Positions 10,845 through 21,333 of a DNA stretch of 64,000 bases are shown here, piece after piece. The position numbers and the translations under genes were made by a program. The notes under the pieces are model-generated. The model did not search any database. It had not been told where the DNA came from and saw only the letters and a list, made by a program, of their open reading frames with translations. Origin of the DNA: Acidobacteriota bacterium (GTDB lineage: Bacteria > Acidobacteriota > Terriglobia > Terriglobales > Acidobacteriaceae); the NCBI GenBank assembly GCA_021804965.1, contig JAJZGG010000001.1:43883-107882 (forward strand), read 5' to 3'. Each line of letters starts with the position of its first letter. Positions within the stretch are counted from its first letter, which is position 1.

Positions 10845-11993
10845 ATGTCAGGACACACCGAAGACCGGGATCCCTCCCTTCCCACTCCGCCCCATTTTGT
10901 TGCCCACAACGAATTGCCTGAGCTTGCTCAGCCCAGCCCCATCGTTCCAGTCGCGATTCCTGCGCCAACTCTTCCCGCCGGATGGTCCGCGGCGCAGTCG
11001 CCCATGCCGGGCTGGCTGCATTGGCTGGAGTCAACCGCAGCTCCGGCGTCGCCATCCATTCCATCCGCTTCGTCCACCCTGAATTCCTCCGAACTGGATT
11101 CCTCCGAACTGGAGTCCTCGACTGCTTCGGAATCGGACCTGGAGGTAGCCAGCCTTGCAGCCCGGGAAGGCCAAGATTTGCCGCATTCCCATCCGGCCCT
11201 TCTGCATGATGCGCGCAGCATGGTGACGGCGCTTGAACTCTACTGTGATCTGCTGGCAGAGCCCGGTGTGCTTTCCGTTCCCTTCCAGCACTATGCCGAG
11301 GAGCTGCGCCTGATCTCCGCCTCCAGCCGTCGGCTTCTTGCGCAGCTTGACCCCATCGCAGAAGAGCTGCTTCCCAAGGTTGTCGGCAATCCGGCATCCA
11401 GAGCGGGATCGGTGCCCGGTCCGCGGCTGGTGGTCTCCGGTGGTCAGCCGGTCTCGCGTCGAACACCCCTGCGCGAGCCGGTTCGCAGTCTGGCCGACGA
11501 TCTGCTGGCCATCCGCAATCTTCTGGCTGCACTGGCCGGCCCGGCCATCACGCTTGGTCTCAGTCTGGATGGGGGGTATCGCCCGATCCGGATGACCTCC
11601 GATGATCTGACCCGGCTCATGGTCAATCTGGTGCGGAACTCCGCCGATGCCATGCCGGAAGGCGGACACATCCAGATCACGCTGCAGGAGATTCCGCACC
11701 GGGAACAGACGGGTCGCCTGCGGTTGACCGTCACCGACAGCGGCTGCGGATTGCCGGAGGGCGATCTGGAAGCCATCTTTGCCCCTGGCTACAGCACCCA
11801 TCTGGATCTGGTTTCCAATGGGGACCACGAGGAACCGGCGCATCGCGGCATGGGGCTGGCCATTGTTCGCTCGCTGGTGACGGCTGCCGGCGGCAGCATC
11901 CATGCCGCCAACCGGCCTCCGGCACTGGCGGATGCCGAGGAGGAAGCCAGCACCGGAGCGGTCTTCCTGCTGGAGTTTCCGCTGTCCGAATGA
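10845..11993 (+). CDS. soluble histidine kinase
   Basis: H box LLHDARS, N box VNLVRNSADAM, G1 VTDSGCG, F IFAPGYST, G2 RGMGLAIV; P/S-rich N-terminus with no TM segment. Confidence 0.85.
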   Translation: MSGHTEDRDPSLPTPPHFVAHNELPELAQPSPIVPVAIPAPTLPAGWSAAQSPMPGWLHWLESTAAPASPSIPSASSTLNSSELDSSELESSTASESDLEVASLAAREGQDLPHSHPALLHDARSMVTALELYCDLLAEPGVLSVPFQHYAEELRLISASSRRLLAQLDPIAEELLPKVVGNPASRAGSVPGPRLVVSGGQPVSRRTPLREPVRSLADDLLAIRNLLAALAGPAITLGLSLDGGYRPIRMTSDDLTRLMVNLVRNSADAMPEGGHIQITLQEIPHREQTGRLRLTVTDSGCGLPEGDLEAIFAPGYSTHLDLVSNGDHEEPAHRGMGLAIVRSLVTAAGGSIHAANRPPALADAEEEASTGAVFLLEFPLSE

Positions 11994-12116
11994 GTTTGTC
12001 TGTCCTGCTGTCCGCGTCGCAGGGATCTGCATCTCCGGAAATACACTTCGGTAACCAAAGGATGCATACCTTCGATTGATTCTTCCCTCTCATAAACCTG
12101 TGGAAAGGTACGTACA

Positions 12117-13670
12117 ATGCTTACATCAGTAACTGCTTCTCCGTCCATGAGTTACTCGCCCATTCTGCCGAATGCGCTGCCCACCCTGCGTCCCACGCCG
12201 GCTGAGGGAGTGCGCAAGCCGGTTCGGCAGGTCAATCTTCCCGAAACGCAAGCTGCGGTGACGCCTTCCGCCGAGCAGATGCGCCTGCATCTGCTGGTGG
12301 TCGACGTCGATCTCGCCATGCGATCGGCCTGCGCGGAGATTGCCACCACACTGGGCTATCACGTGGAGGCAACCGGGGATGCCCTGCAGGCACGCAAGCT
12401 GCTTGAGGCCCGATCGGCGGACATCGCGCTGGTGAATCTGCCGGCCACCGGTGGTGCCGCGTTGGACTGGATTGCCGAAGCGCATCTGCTGCATCCGGAG
12501 ATTGCGCTGATCGCCATGACCAGCTCCGGCTCCGTCCACCTTGCCGTGGAAGCCATGCGGCGCGGTGCCTCCGATTACATGACCAAGCCCTTCACGGTGG
12601 ATGAGCTTTCCGCGGTGCTGGCCCGAGCCGCCGAGCGCGTGACTGTCGATCGGGAGAGCCGTCGGCTTCGCGAACAGCTTCGTTCCAGCCAGGGGCTGGG
12701 CTCGATGATCGGCCGCTCTGCGGAGATGGAAAAGCTCTATCGCATTCTCTCCAAGGTGGCGCAGAGCACACACCCGGTCCTGATCCTGGGGGAAAGTGGC
12801 ACGGGCAAGGAGCTGGTGGCGCGCACCATCCATGCCTACGGGCCCAATGCAGCCAAGCCCTTTCTGCCGGTTGACTGCGGCTCGCTGGTCCCGTCCCTGA
12901 TCGAAAGCGAACTCTTCGGCTATGTAAAGGGCGCCTTTACCGGGGCCAACCGCTCGAAGGATGGTCTGTTTGTCTCCGCCGAAGGGGGCACGGTTTTTCT
13001 GGACGAGGTCGGGGAGCTTTCCCTCGATCTGCAGGCCAAACTGCTGCGTGCGCTGCAGGAAAAGGAAGTCCGCCCCGTTGGCGCGACCCATCGGGTGCCG
13101 ATCCGTGCCCGCATCATCGCAGCCACCAACCGGGATCTGGCGGCCATGGTCGAGCGTGGAACCTTCCGCAAGGATCTCTTCTATCGCCTGAACGTGGTGA
13201 ACCTGCGACTGCCGGCGCTGCGGGATCGGCGCGAGGATATTCCGCTGCTGGCCGCCCACTTTCTCGACCGGCTGGCCGAGAGTCATGGGCAGCGCTACAC
13301 GCTCAATGATGAGGCATTGCGCACGATGATGCAGCATGATTGGCCGGGGAACATCCGCGAACTGGAACATGCCATTGAGCGCGCCTGTGCGCTGTCCTCC
13401 GGACCGGTGTTGCAGCTGGGCGACCTGCCCACGCAGCTGCAGCAGCAGGGCGTGGAGGCCCATCGGATGCCGCCGCCGGGTGCGGCTGCCGAGGACGTGT
13501 CCAACGGAAACGTGAAGCCGCTGGCGGATATGGAGCGCGACGCCATCCTGCATGCCATCCGCACCCTGGGCGGAGACAAGCTGCTGGCAGCCCGGCTTCT
13601 GGGCATCGGCAAGACCACCCTCTATCGAAAACTCAAGGAGTACGGAATCGGCGATCCCATGCAGGAGTAG
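12117..13670 (+). CDS. sigma54-dependent activator, NtrC family (receiver-like domain, AAA+, Fis HTH)
   Basis: GESGTGKE, ESELFG, GAFTGA, FLDEVGE, FRKDLFYRLNV, WPGNIREL, LGIGKTTLYRKL; start may be 12147. Confidence 0.93.
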   Translation: MLTSVTASPSMSYSPILPNALPTLRPTPAEGVRKPVRQVNLPETQAAVTPSAEQMRLHLLVVDVDLAMRSACAEIATTLGYHVEATGDALQARKLLEARSADIALVNLPATGGAALDWIAEAHLLHPEIALIAMTSSGSVHLAVEAMRRGASDYMTKPFTVDELSAVLARAAERVTVDRESRRLREQLRSSQGLGSMIGRSAEMEKLYRILSKVAQSTHPVLILGESGTGKELVARTIHAYGPNAAKPFLPVDCGSLVPSLIESELFGYVKGAFTGANRSKDGLFVSAEGGTVFLDEVGELSLDLQAKLLRALQEKEVRPVGATHRVPIRARIIAATNRDLAAMVERGTFRKDLFYRLNVVNLRLPALRDRREDIPLLAAHFLDRLAESHGQRYTLNDEALRTMMQHDWPGNIRELEHAIERACALSSGPVLQLGDLPTQLQQQGVEAHRMPPPGAAAEDVSNGNVKPLADMERDAILHAIRTLGGDKLLAARLLGIGKTTLYRKLKEYGIGDPMQE

Positions 13671-13794
13671 CATCCCCTGCACGCGATACGATTTCCGCTC
13701 TGCATGCCCGGTCAGGCATGCGCATGAAACCGGCAGCCGGCAGGACCGGCTCTGCCCTTCGCCGACCTTTGCGGTCAGGATCAGGAGAATTTCA

Positions 13795-14295
13795 ATGCAA
13801 GCACTTCTTGTGACAGGGATGGAAGGCGCAGCCAACTGCGCACAGGCACTGCAAACCATGCTCGGGATATCGATGGATATTGCCGCCGGAAGACGGGCCG
13901 CCATCACGGCACTCCGCAAGCGGGAGTACGATCTGGTGGTGGTGGACGATTCGCTGGCCGATTCCGATCCAGCCGGAACCGATCCGCTTTGGGAGGCCAT
14001 CGGCATGGCCCAGCCGGTGACGGTCAACTTTGTGTTGAGCGGCACCGAGCGGGTGGCCCGCGAGATCCGCGCCGCCCTGCGTCGGCGTGAGCGCGAGCAG
14101 GAGCTGGCCCGCCGGGCTGCGACCGTGGCGCTGGAGACGGAGCTGAAGTCCACCGTTGCTGGACTGCTGCTGCACTCCCAGCTGGCCTTGGCCACCGAAC
14201 CGCTGCCGGAGCCGGTGGCGGGCAAGCTGCGCCTGATGGCCGACCTGGTGGGAACCCTGCGGGACCAGCTTTCCACTGGCGTAACGGCGCAATGA
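13795..14295 (+). CDS. hypothetical protein (degenerate receiver-like N-terminus, helical C-terminus)
   Basis: AGGAG before ATG; YDLVVVDD segment and C-terminal ELKSTVAGLLLHSQLAL helix. Confidence 0.65.
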   Translation: MQALLVTGMEGAANCAQALQTMLGISMDIAAGRRAAITALRKREYDLVVVDDSLADSDPAGTDPLWEAIGMAQPVTVNFVLSGTERVAREIRAALRRREREQELARRAATVALETELKSTVAGLLLHSQLALATEPLPEPVAGKLRLMADLVGTLRDQLSTGVTAQ

Positions 14296-14488
14296 GCCAG
14301 GGCTGCAGACTTTGCAGTACCGGGAAGCATCGTTTGGGATGGAATCGCAGCCCATGCGCCCGATCCCAAGCCCGGCCTTAATCCCCGGCTGCAAGCTCAC
14401 GCTGCATCGCCATGCAGCCATCGACACCCGGGGGCCATCAACGAGCGGGCAGGGAATCCAGCCGGATTCCCTGCGATACTCTGGGTTC

Positions 14489-15379
14489 ATGGCAACACCC
14501 TCCATGGATAGCGCTGTCCTGCTGTTGACCTGTCCGGACCAGCCCGGTCTGGTCGCGCGTGTCTCCACCCTCCTTTTTGAGATGGGAGCCAACATCCTGC
14601 ATGCCGACCAGCATCAGGATCATGAACTGGGCCTCTTCTTCATGCGGGTCGAGTGGACCGCATCGCCCTCCGATGCAACCGCAGCTCCGGCTCTGGACGC
14701 GCTCTGCCAGGAGTTTCGCATCCGGTTTGCCCCTCTGGCCGCGTCGCTCTCCATGCACTGGCAGTTGCGCAGAACCGGGCATCGGCCCAGAATTGCGCTC
14801 TTCTGCTCGCAGTATCTGCATTGCGCTGCCGATCTTCTGGAACGCATCCGCTCCGGCGAGCTTTCCTGCGAGGTGGCGCTGATCCTCTCCAACCACCGGA
14901 CCATCGAGCCGCTGGCGGGCTTTTATGGCATTCCCTTTCATTGCCTGCCGGTGACGCCGCAGACGCGGGCGGAGGCGGAGTCGCGCCAGCTGGCGCTGTT
15001 GTCGGAGGCGGGCGTGGAGCTGATTCTGCTTGCCCGCTACATGCAGATTCTCAGCCCGGAGTTCGTTGCCCGCTATCCATCGGCCATCATCAACGTGCAT
15101 CATTCCTTCCTGCCGGCCTTCATGGGGGCCAGACCCTACCATGCCGCCCATGCCCGCGGCGTCAAGCTGATAGGGGCCACCAGCCATTACGTCACCTCCG
15201 CGCTGGACGATGGGCCGATCATCGAGCAGGATGTGGCGCGCATCTCGCATCGGGATCAGGTGGAGGATCTGGTAGCCAGAGGCCGGGATCTGGAGCGGGT
15301 GGTACTGGCCCGCGCTGTCAGCTGGCACCTGCAGCACCGCATTCTGGAGTACGGGAACAAGACGGTCGTCTTTGATTAG
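14489..15379 (+). CDS. purU: formyltetrahydrofolate deformylase
   Basis: N-terminal ACT (CPDQPGLVA), LARYMQILS, INVHHSFLPAF.GARPY, GVKLIGATSHYVT..LDDGPIIEQ. Confidence 0.95.
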   Translation: MATPSMDSAVLLLTCPDQPGLVARVSTLLFEMGANILHADQHQDHELGLFFMRVEWTASPSDATAAPALDALCQEFRIRFAPLAASLSMHWQLRRTGHRPRIALFCSQYLHCAADLLERIRSGELSCEVALILSNHRTIEPLAGFYGIPFHCLPVTPQTRAEAESRQLALLSEAGVELILLARYMQILSPEFVARYPSAIINVHHSFLPAFMGARPYHAAHARGVKLIGATSHYVTSALDDGPIIEQDVARISHRDQVEDLVARGRDLERVVLARAVSWHLQHRILEYGNKTVVFD

Positions 15380-15493
15380 GCGGGGATCAAGCCGGGGATG
15401 AAGCGGCCTGCCTTGCATCCTTTTCTCTGGCCGCGCATCCAGATAGTTGTTGGAACAAGTAAGTGACGGTAACCCGCGTTCCAGGAGGACATC

Positions 15494-16546
15494 ATGCAGA
15501 TTGGCATTGACAGTTTCGCCGCATCCCTTCCCGATCCCAGCACCGGCATCACGCTCCCGCCGGCGCAGCGCATCGCCAACCTGCTTGAGGAGATTGAGCT
15601 GGCCGATCAGGTGGGCCTGGATGCCTTTGGCATTGGGGAGCATCATCGTCGGGAGTTTCTGGACTCTGCGCCTTCCATCCTGTTGGCGGCAGCTGCGGCG
15701 CGAACGCGCCGGATTCGGCTTGCCAGTGCGGTCACCGTGCTTTCGGCTGCTGATCCGGTGCGGGTCTTTCAGCAGTTTGCCACGCTCGATCTGATCTCCA
15801 ACGGTCGGGCGGAGATTGTTGCCGGACGCGGCTCCTTTACGGAGGCGTACCCACTCTTCGGCCTGCAGTTGGAGGACTATGACGAGCTTTTTGCGGAAAA
15901 GCTCGACCTGCTCCTGCAGATCCGGCAGCATCCGCGCATCAGCTGGAGTGGCAAGCATCGTCCTGCCCTGCAGAATCAGGAGATTTATCCGCGTCCGGTG
16001 CAGCAGGAGATGCCCATCTGGCTGGGCGTAGGGGGAACGCCGCACTCCTTTGCCCGGGCCGGCGTGCTGGGACTGCCCCTGATGGTGGCCATCATCGGCG
16101 GCGCACACCATCGCTTCCGTCCGCTGATTGATCTCTATCGCGAGGCTGGGGCGCGGGCGGGGCATGCGCCGGAAAAACTCAAGGTGGGGTTGCATATGTT
16201 TGGCTTTCTGGGTGACACAACAGAGCAGGCAGCTGATGATTTCTACCCCGGTTATGCTGCCATGATGAGCCAGATCGGGCGCGAGCGCGGCTGGCCGCCG
16301 ATTACCCGCGAGCAGTATGACGCCACGCGTTCCCCCAAGGGGGCATTTCTGATCGGCGACCCGGAGACCGTGGTGGAGAAGATCCTTTACACCCATGAGG
16401 TGCTGGGTGGCATTGCGCGGATCGACTTCCAGATGACGGCAGCCTCGATGGCGCCGGAGAAGATGCGCCATGCCATCGAACTGCTGGGCACCCGTGTGGC
16501 TCCTGCCGTGCGCAAGGCTCTGGGCGTGGAGCCGGTGCTGGCCTGA
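15494..16546 (+). CDS. LLM-class flavin-dependent oxidoreductase (luciferase-like)
   Basis: [35 protein letters not shown]; AGGAGG RBS. Confidence 0.9.
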   Translation: MQIGIDSFAASLPDPSTGITLPPAQRIANLLEEIELADQVGLDAFGIGEHHRREFLDSAPSILLAAAAARTRRIRLASAVTVLSAADPVRVFQQFATLDLISNGRAEIVAGRGSFTEAYPLFGLQLEDYDELFAEKLDLLLQIRQHPRISWSGKHRPALQNQEIYPRPVQQEMPIWLGVGGTPHSFARAGVLGLPLMVAIIGGAHHRFRPLIDLYREAGARAGHAPEKLKVGLHMFGFLGDTTEQAADDFYPGYAAMMSQIGRERGWPPITREQYDATRSPKGAFLIGDPETVVEKILYTHEVLGGIARIDFQMTAASMAPEKMRHAIELLGTRVAPAVRKALGVEPVLA

Positions 16547-16724
16547 GCGATTCGGATTTCGCTCGCCGGGGTTACGGCCGTCAAGGCTGGCGAAGGATGC
16601 TGCGGAGCTGTGCCGGCAACGGCAGCTCCGCTGCATTCCGCGCCTGCTTTTCGTCCCATGAAACGGTCGGCTCCGGTCTCCGGTAGGCTGAAGACTGGCA
16701 TTTACCCCAAGGGAAGTGACCCAC

Positions 16725-17066
16725 ATGCGATCTGTACTGCGTTCCAAGATTCACAATGCAACCGTCACCGAGGCGGACCTGAGCTACATCGGAAGCATCA
16801 CCGTCGACCAGGATCTGCTGGATGCCGTTGGCCTGTGGCCGGGTGAAAAGGTTCTCGTGGTCAGCAACACCAACGGAGCCCGGCTGGAGACCTATACGAT
16901 TGCCGGACCGCGCGGCTCCGGCGTCATCTGCATGAACGGTGCCGCGGCACACCTGATTCAGCGTGGCCATCAGGTCATCATCATGGGCTTTGAACTGACG
17001 GACAAGCCGGTGCCGACCCTGCAGCTTCTCGTGGATGCTGAGAATCGCCCGTTGCGCATGCTGTGA
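16725..17066 (+). CDS. panD: aspartate 1-decarboxylase
   Basis: SKIH.ATVT.ADL.Y.GSITVD (GS autocleavage site), [14 protein letters not shown]. Confidence 0.95.
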   Translation: MRSVLRSKIHNATVTEADLSYIGSITVDQDLLDAVGLWPGEKVLVVSNTNGARLETYTIAGPRGSGVICMNGAAAHLIQRGHQVIIMGFELTDKPVPTLQLLVDAENRPLRML

Positions 17067-17114
17067 TCGTTTTCCTCGAATTCAGCATCTGAATGCAGCA
17101 GAGGAGGATTCGTC

Positions 17115-18044
17115 ATGCGCCGCTTCGAACGATTTCTGCCATGGCATTCCCCGGCCTTCGACGCATCCTTCAAGGCGCAGCGGGGTGCGCGCACCCGCGC
17201 AGCAAGCTGGATGGGCCTCAGCGTCGTGCCTGCTGTTGCCCTCTTCGGGATGTCGCTCGTGCTGAGTCCGCTTCTGACGTGTCCACTCCAAGCCGAGAAG
17301 CCTGTTTCCCGGGCAGTGCAGCCTCTGACGCCCGGCACCATCCTGCCCGTCAGTCTGGACACCTCGGTGCACATGCATCACGCGCATCCGGGGCAGCGCA
17401 TCCAGGCCACGCTCATGCAGTCGATTCTGGGGACGGATGTCCATCGCGGTGCGCGGCTGGAAGGCGAGGTGGTTGCCGTGACCCTGGCACCGCAGCCTCG
17501 TCTGGTGCTGCGCTTCACCACGCTGCGCCTGCGTCACGCCCAGTTGCCTGTCGCCGTCAGCCTGCGCGCCATGGCCTCGTTGCTGGAGGTGGAAGAGGCC
17601 GAAGTGCCGGAGGATATGGCCATGCGTGGCACGGTGCCGGAGAATGCGACCACGCGCCAGATTGGCGGCCAGCAGGTCTATCGCGGGGGTGGTCCCGTGG
17701 CGGAAGGGATGGTCGCCGTGGGGCAGCCGGTAGCCTATGGCATCCTTGCCGTGCCGATGGTGCATCCCGGGCAGCCATGCCGGGCTGCCGTGGGAGACGC
17801 GTCCACACCGCAGGCCTTCTGGGTCTTCTCCTCGGATGCCTGCGGACTCTATGGCTACGGCAATCTCCGGCTGGAGCATGCCGGGCGCTCCGGTCCTGCG
17901 GGCCAGATTGTCTTCACGGCCTCACATCCCAACGCGAACCTGCAGAGTGGTTCTGGATTGCTGCTTCGCGTGCTGCCGCCGGATCCCGCTGCCTCGGCGC
18001 TGCCCGCTGGCAGCGGGATGGGCACTCATCCGCAGGCGGACTAG
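17115..18044 (+). CDS. hypothetical exported protein, beta-rich (TrbI/VirB10-like segment)
   Basis: GAGGAGG RBS; hydrophobic N-terminal segment; PGTILPVSLDT...PGQRIQATL...GARLEGEV...LRF pattern. Confidence 0.6.
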   Translation: MRRFERFLPWHSPAFDASFKAQRGARTRAASWMGLSVVPAVALFGMSLVLSPLLTCPLQAEKPVSRAVQPLTPGTILPVSLDTSVHMHHAHPGQRIQATLMQSILGTDVHRGARLEGEVVAVTLAPQPRLVLRFTTLRLRHAQLPVAVSLRAMASLLEVEEAEVPEDMAMRGTVPENATTRQIGGQQVYRGGGPVAEGMVAVGQPVAYGILAVPMVHPGQPCRAAVGDASTPQAFWVFSSDACGLYGYGNLRLEHAGRSGPAGQIVFTASHPNANLQSGSGLLLRVLPPDPAASALPAGSGMGTHPQAD

Positions 18045-18237
18045 TCCGGCAGCCTCGGTCTGTTGCAGGTTGGTCCCCGTGTCGTCGGCAATGCGGGGAC
18101 GATTGCAGGCAAGACTGTTCGGAAATCAGAAATAAATCCATTTTCTCAACCTTTGCCGATTGTTCTCTCCTGCGGCTATGATGGACCACGCGCAGCCTCT
18201 TTCGATGCTGGCTGCGCCCTGCGACAGGAGTACGTGT

Positions 18238-21200
18238 ATGCGCAACAGGGCTGTTTTCGCTGTTCTACTGCTGGGTGCGCCCATGCTTTGGGCATCCTCA
18301 CACAAGACAACGGTCTCCCAACTGGTGCAGTTGGTGGATGAGGCCCGGACGGATCACCTGACCGACGATCAGCTGAACCAGCGCCTGAACAATGTCCAAC
18401 TCGTCGAGTCGCTCGATTCCGCCACCTGGCAGAAGCTGACGGATGAATCGCCGGGGCAGAAGACAACCGAAGCCCTGCGCGCCCTCTATGCCAACTCGGC
18501 ATTTTTGCCTCCATCGGCCGGAACGGTGCTGCCGGATGCGCCGCCCAAAATCCCCGACCAGCGCGCAATCATGGCCAGAACCATCAACTACGTCCTGCGC
18601 ACCATTCCAGCTTTGCCCAATCTGCTGGCTGTGCGGGATACGGCGCACTTTACCGACACGGGGGTGGGATTCGATGCCGGCAACTCCGTGACGCGCGGCG
18701 GGCTGCTGCTGCTCGGGGAAGATCAGACCCCGGTCACCATTCGGGATGGCGTCGAAACGGATACCCCGGCGGCGCGCAAGGCATCCGCCACGCATGGCAA
18801 GGAGAACTTCCACGAGGCCCGGGATCTGGTTTCCTGGGGAGAGTTTGGTCCGGTGCTGACCACGGTGCTGCTGGATGCCGCGCATGGACAACTGGCCTGG
18901 GAGCATTGGGAGCAGAGTGGCAGCCAGCGGCTGGCCATCTTCCATTTCTCGGTTCCGCGGGCAGCGTCCCACTACTCCGTGCATTATTGCTGCGATGTGA
19001 GTTACGGTCCGGCCCTCGATGGTCAGCATCAGACCATGATTTCCGTCCCCAGCGTGTTGCTTGCCGGCTATCATGGACAGCTCGCCATTGATCCGGCCAC
19101 CGGAGTCATCCGGCAGATCCGTCTCTTTGTCGATCCACGCCCGGGGGAAAGTCTGCTGCGCGGTGCCATGCGCATTGAGTGGGGGCCCATGACCGTAGGC
19201 GCTTCGCCCAAGATTGTTCCGCTGCACAGCGTCACGCTCACCACCACACCCGACAAGTGGGAGCAGCGCGGCATCATCCAGACCGTCGATCGGACGCGCA
19301 TCAACGAAACCGAGTTCAGTGCCTATCATCGCTTTGGCTCCGTGGCCCGCATTATTACGGACGTGGCCAGCGAGCAGCCGACGGCAGCTCCTCCATCGGC
19401 GTCCGGAGCAGCATCCGCTGCCGCCAGCGCCAGTTCCTCGCCGGCAACGATGGCTGCCAACGCTGCTGCGGTGCAGCCTCCTGCCTCGAATCCAGCCGCC
19501 CCTGCGACCACTCCAGCAGCCGCAGCCGCTTCTGGTGGCGCGGCTGCGTCGGCAAGCTCGCAGCCATCGACGCCTGCTGCACCGGCAGCTGCCGAAGTTG
19601 CCGTCGAAGCGCTGCAGGATCTGCCGCAGACAGGCAATTCCGCCGGGCAGCATGCCGCATTCACCCTGCAAGCCAATACGCAGCGGGTCAGCGTCAATCT
19701 TCTGGCTCTGGACCATTCCGGCAAGCCGATCACCAACCTTCGTCGCGATGAGATCCAGCTCTTCGACAACGGTCATCCCATCCCGCTGTCCACCTTTCAG
19801 CAGACTTCGTCGCAAACCCCATCCGCGAATCCGGCAGCGTCGCAGGCGGATGGCTTTAGCAACCTCAATCCGGACGCATCTGCCGACAATACGCTCATTC
19901 TCTTGCTGGACGGGGGACACCTTGCCTTTGCGGATATGAATCAGGCCCGGCAGCAGGTGCTTGAGTATCTGCAAACCGCGCGTCCCGGAACCCGATTTGC
20001 CCTCTATGCCATTGACGAGCACAGCTTCCGCGTTCTGCAGGACGTCACCTCCGATCCTGCTGCCGTCCGCGCACGGCTCCAGGCCTGGCAGCCTTCCGCA
20101 TCCGCCACGGCACAGGCGCAGGAGCTGGAACGGAAGGATCGCCAGACCTTTGATACGGTGCATCATGCCGTTGATTTGAACAGCGTCAATGGGAACTACA
20201 ACTCCATCCCGGACTATATCGACACCATTGATCCGGAGTTGCGCATGATGGGCGATAATCCGCAGCGGCAACTGCTGGAGGTGATGCAGGCGCTTGCCCG
20301 GCATTTTGCCGCGGTGCATGGCCAGAAGAGCCTGGCACTGATCTCCGGCGACAGCGCACTGGGCAACTGGGAGGATCGCAAGGTGGGCATGGAGCAGGGG
20401 AGCAACCATGTGGAGAGCGCATTGCAACGCGCGCGGGAGATCATGGACGATGCCCACATCGCGCTCTACGTCATCGATGCCTCCCGCAATCATGGCGGAG
20501 CAACCGACTCCAGTATCGAATTTCGCAATGTGGAGCTGATTCAGGGATCAACCGACAACAACGGACCGGCCGGCAGCACGGCTGGGCGCAATCTGACTCC
20601 GGGCCGCATCACCAGCCAGATGGAGTCCAATCTGCATGGGATCGACGGGCCGATACGGACTCTTGCCGAGTCCACCGGAGGCATTGCCGTCGATCGCGGC
20701 AGCGACCTCCGCAAGACCCTGGCGCAGATTCAGTCCGATTCCATGGCCACGGCCGAGCTTTCCTTTGAGCCGCCTTCACCGCCCGATGACAAGCTGCACC
20801 TGATCACCGTCAAGATTCCGGATCGCAAGGGAATCAGGCTGCGCTATCGCTCCAGCTATCTGGATGCTGTTCCGCCCGCGCAGACCCCCCGGCAGCAGTT
20901 GCAGCAGGCTGTCTGGAGTCCGGAGGATGAGTCCGGCGTCGGTATCAGCGCAACGGCAGATGCCGATTCCAGTGGAACCACGCTGCGGCTGCGTATTCAG
21001 ATGAAAGGTCTTGGCCTGGAGCAGCAAAGCTCCGGTCCGGTTGCCGGTCGCTGGACGGACAGGCTGTATATCTTCGTCGCCGTGCGGAATGATGGCACGC
21101 ATCAGGCGCAGATCAGTGGAGACACCCTGGTGCTGAGCCTGCAACCGGCGACCTATCAGAGCGGCATGCCTGCGGGGATTCCCTACAAGCGGACGCTGCA

Positions 21201-21306
21201 GCTGCCGTCCAAACTGGCCTCGGTGCGGGTGATTGTGATCGATCGCAACAGTGGTCGCGTGGGCTCCATCACGATTCCCGCCTCGGCAATCGCCGCGCGA
21301 AGCTGA
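18238..21306 (+). CDS. secreted multidomain protein with C-terminal VWA domain (Acidobacteria VWFA-related type)
   Basis: Signal peptide; Ala/Pro/Ser linker; VSVNLLALDHSGKPITNL..DEIQLFDNG, ILLLD, GQKSLALISG, LAESTGG, RLRYRSSY. Confidence 0.8.
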   Translation: MRNRAVFAVLLLGAPMLWASSHKTTVSQLVQLVDEARTDHLTDDQLNQRLNNVQLVESLDSATWQKLTDESPGQKTTEALRALYANSAFLPPSAGTVLPDAPPKIPDQRAIMARTINYVLRTIPALPNLLAVRDTAHFTDTGVGFDAGNSVTRGGLLLLGEDQTPVTIRDGVETDTPAARKASATHGKENFHEARDLVSWGEFGPVLTTVLLDAAHGQLAWEHWEQSGSQRLAIFHFSVPRAASHYSVHYCCDVSYGPALDGQHQTMISVPSVLLAGYHGQLAIDPATGVIRQIRLFVDPRPGESLLRGAMRIEWGPMTVGASPKIVPLHSVTLTTTPDKWEQRGIIQTVDRTRINETEFSAYHRFGSVARIITDVASEQPTAAPPSASGAASAAASASSSPATMAANAAAVQPPASNPAAPATTPAAAAASGGAAASASSQPSTPAAPAAAEVAVEALQDLPQTGNSAGQHAAFTLQANTQRVSVNLLALDHSGKPITNLRRDEIQLFDNGHPIPLSTFQQTSSQTPSANPAASQADGFSNLNPDASADNTLILLLDGGHLAFADMNQARQQVLEYLQTARPGTRFALYAIDEHSFRVLQDVTSDPAAVRARLQAWQPSASATAQAQELERKDRQTFDTVHHAVDLNSVNGNYNSIPDYIDTIDPELRMMGDNPQRQLLEVMQALARHFAAVHGQKSLALISGDSALGNWEDRKVGMEQGSNHVESALQRAREIMDDAHIALYVIDASRNHGGATDSSIEFRNVELIQGSTDNNGPAGSTAGRNLTPGRITSQMESNLHGIDGPIRTLAESTGGIAVDRGSDLRKTLAQIQSDSMATAELSFEPPSPPDDKLHLITVKIPDRKGIRLRYRSSYLDAVPPAQTPRQQLQQAVWSPEDESGVGISATADADSSGTTLRLRIQMKGLGLEQQSSGPVAGRWTDRLYIFVAVRNDGTHQAQISGDTLVLSLQPATYQSGMPAGIPYKRTLQLPSKLASVRVIVIDRNSGRVGSITIPASAIAARS

Positions 21307-21333
21307 GGCAGGCAATCGGCTGAGCCTTTGGGC

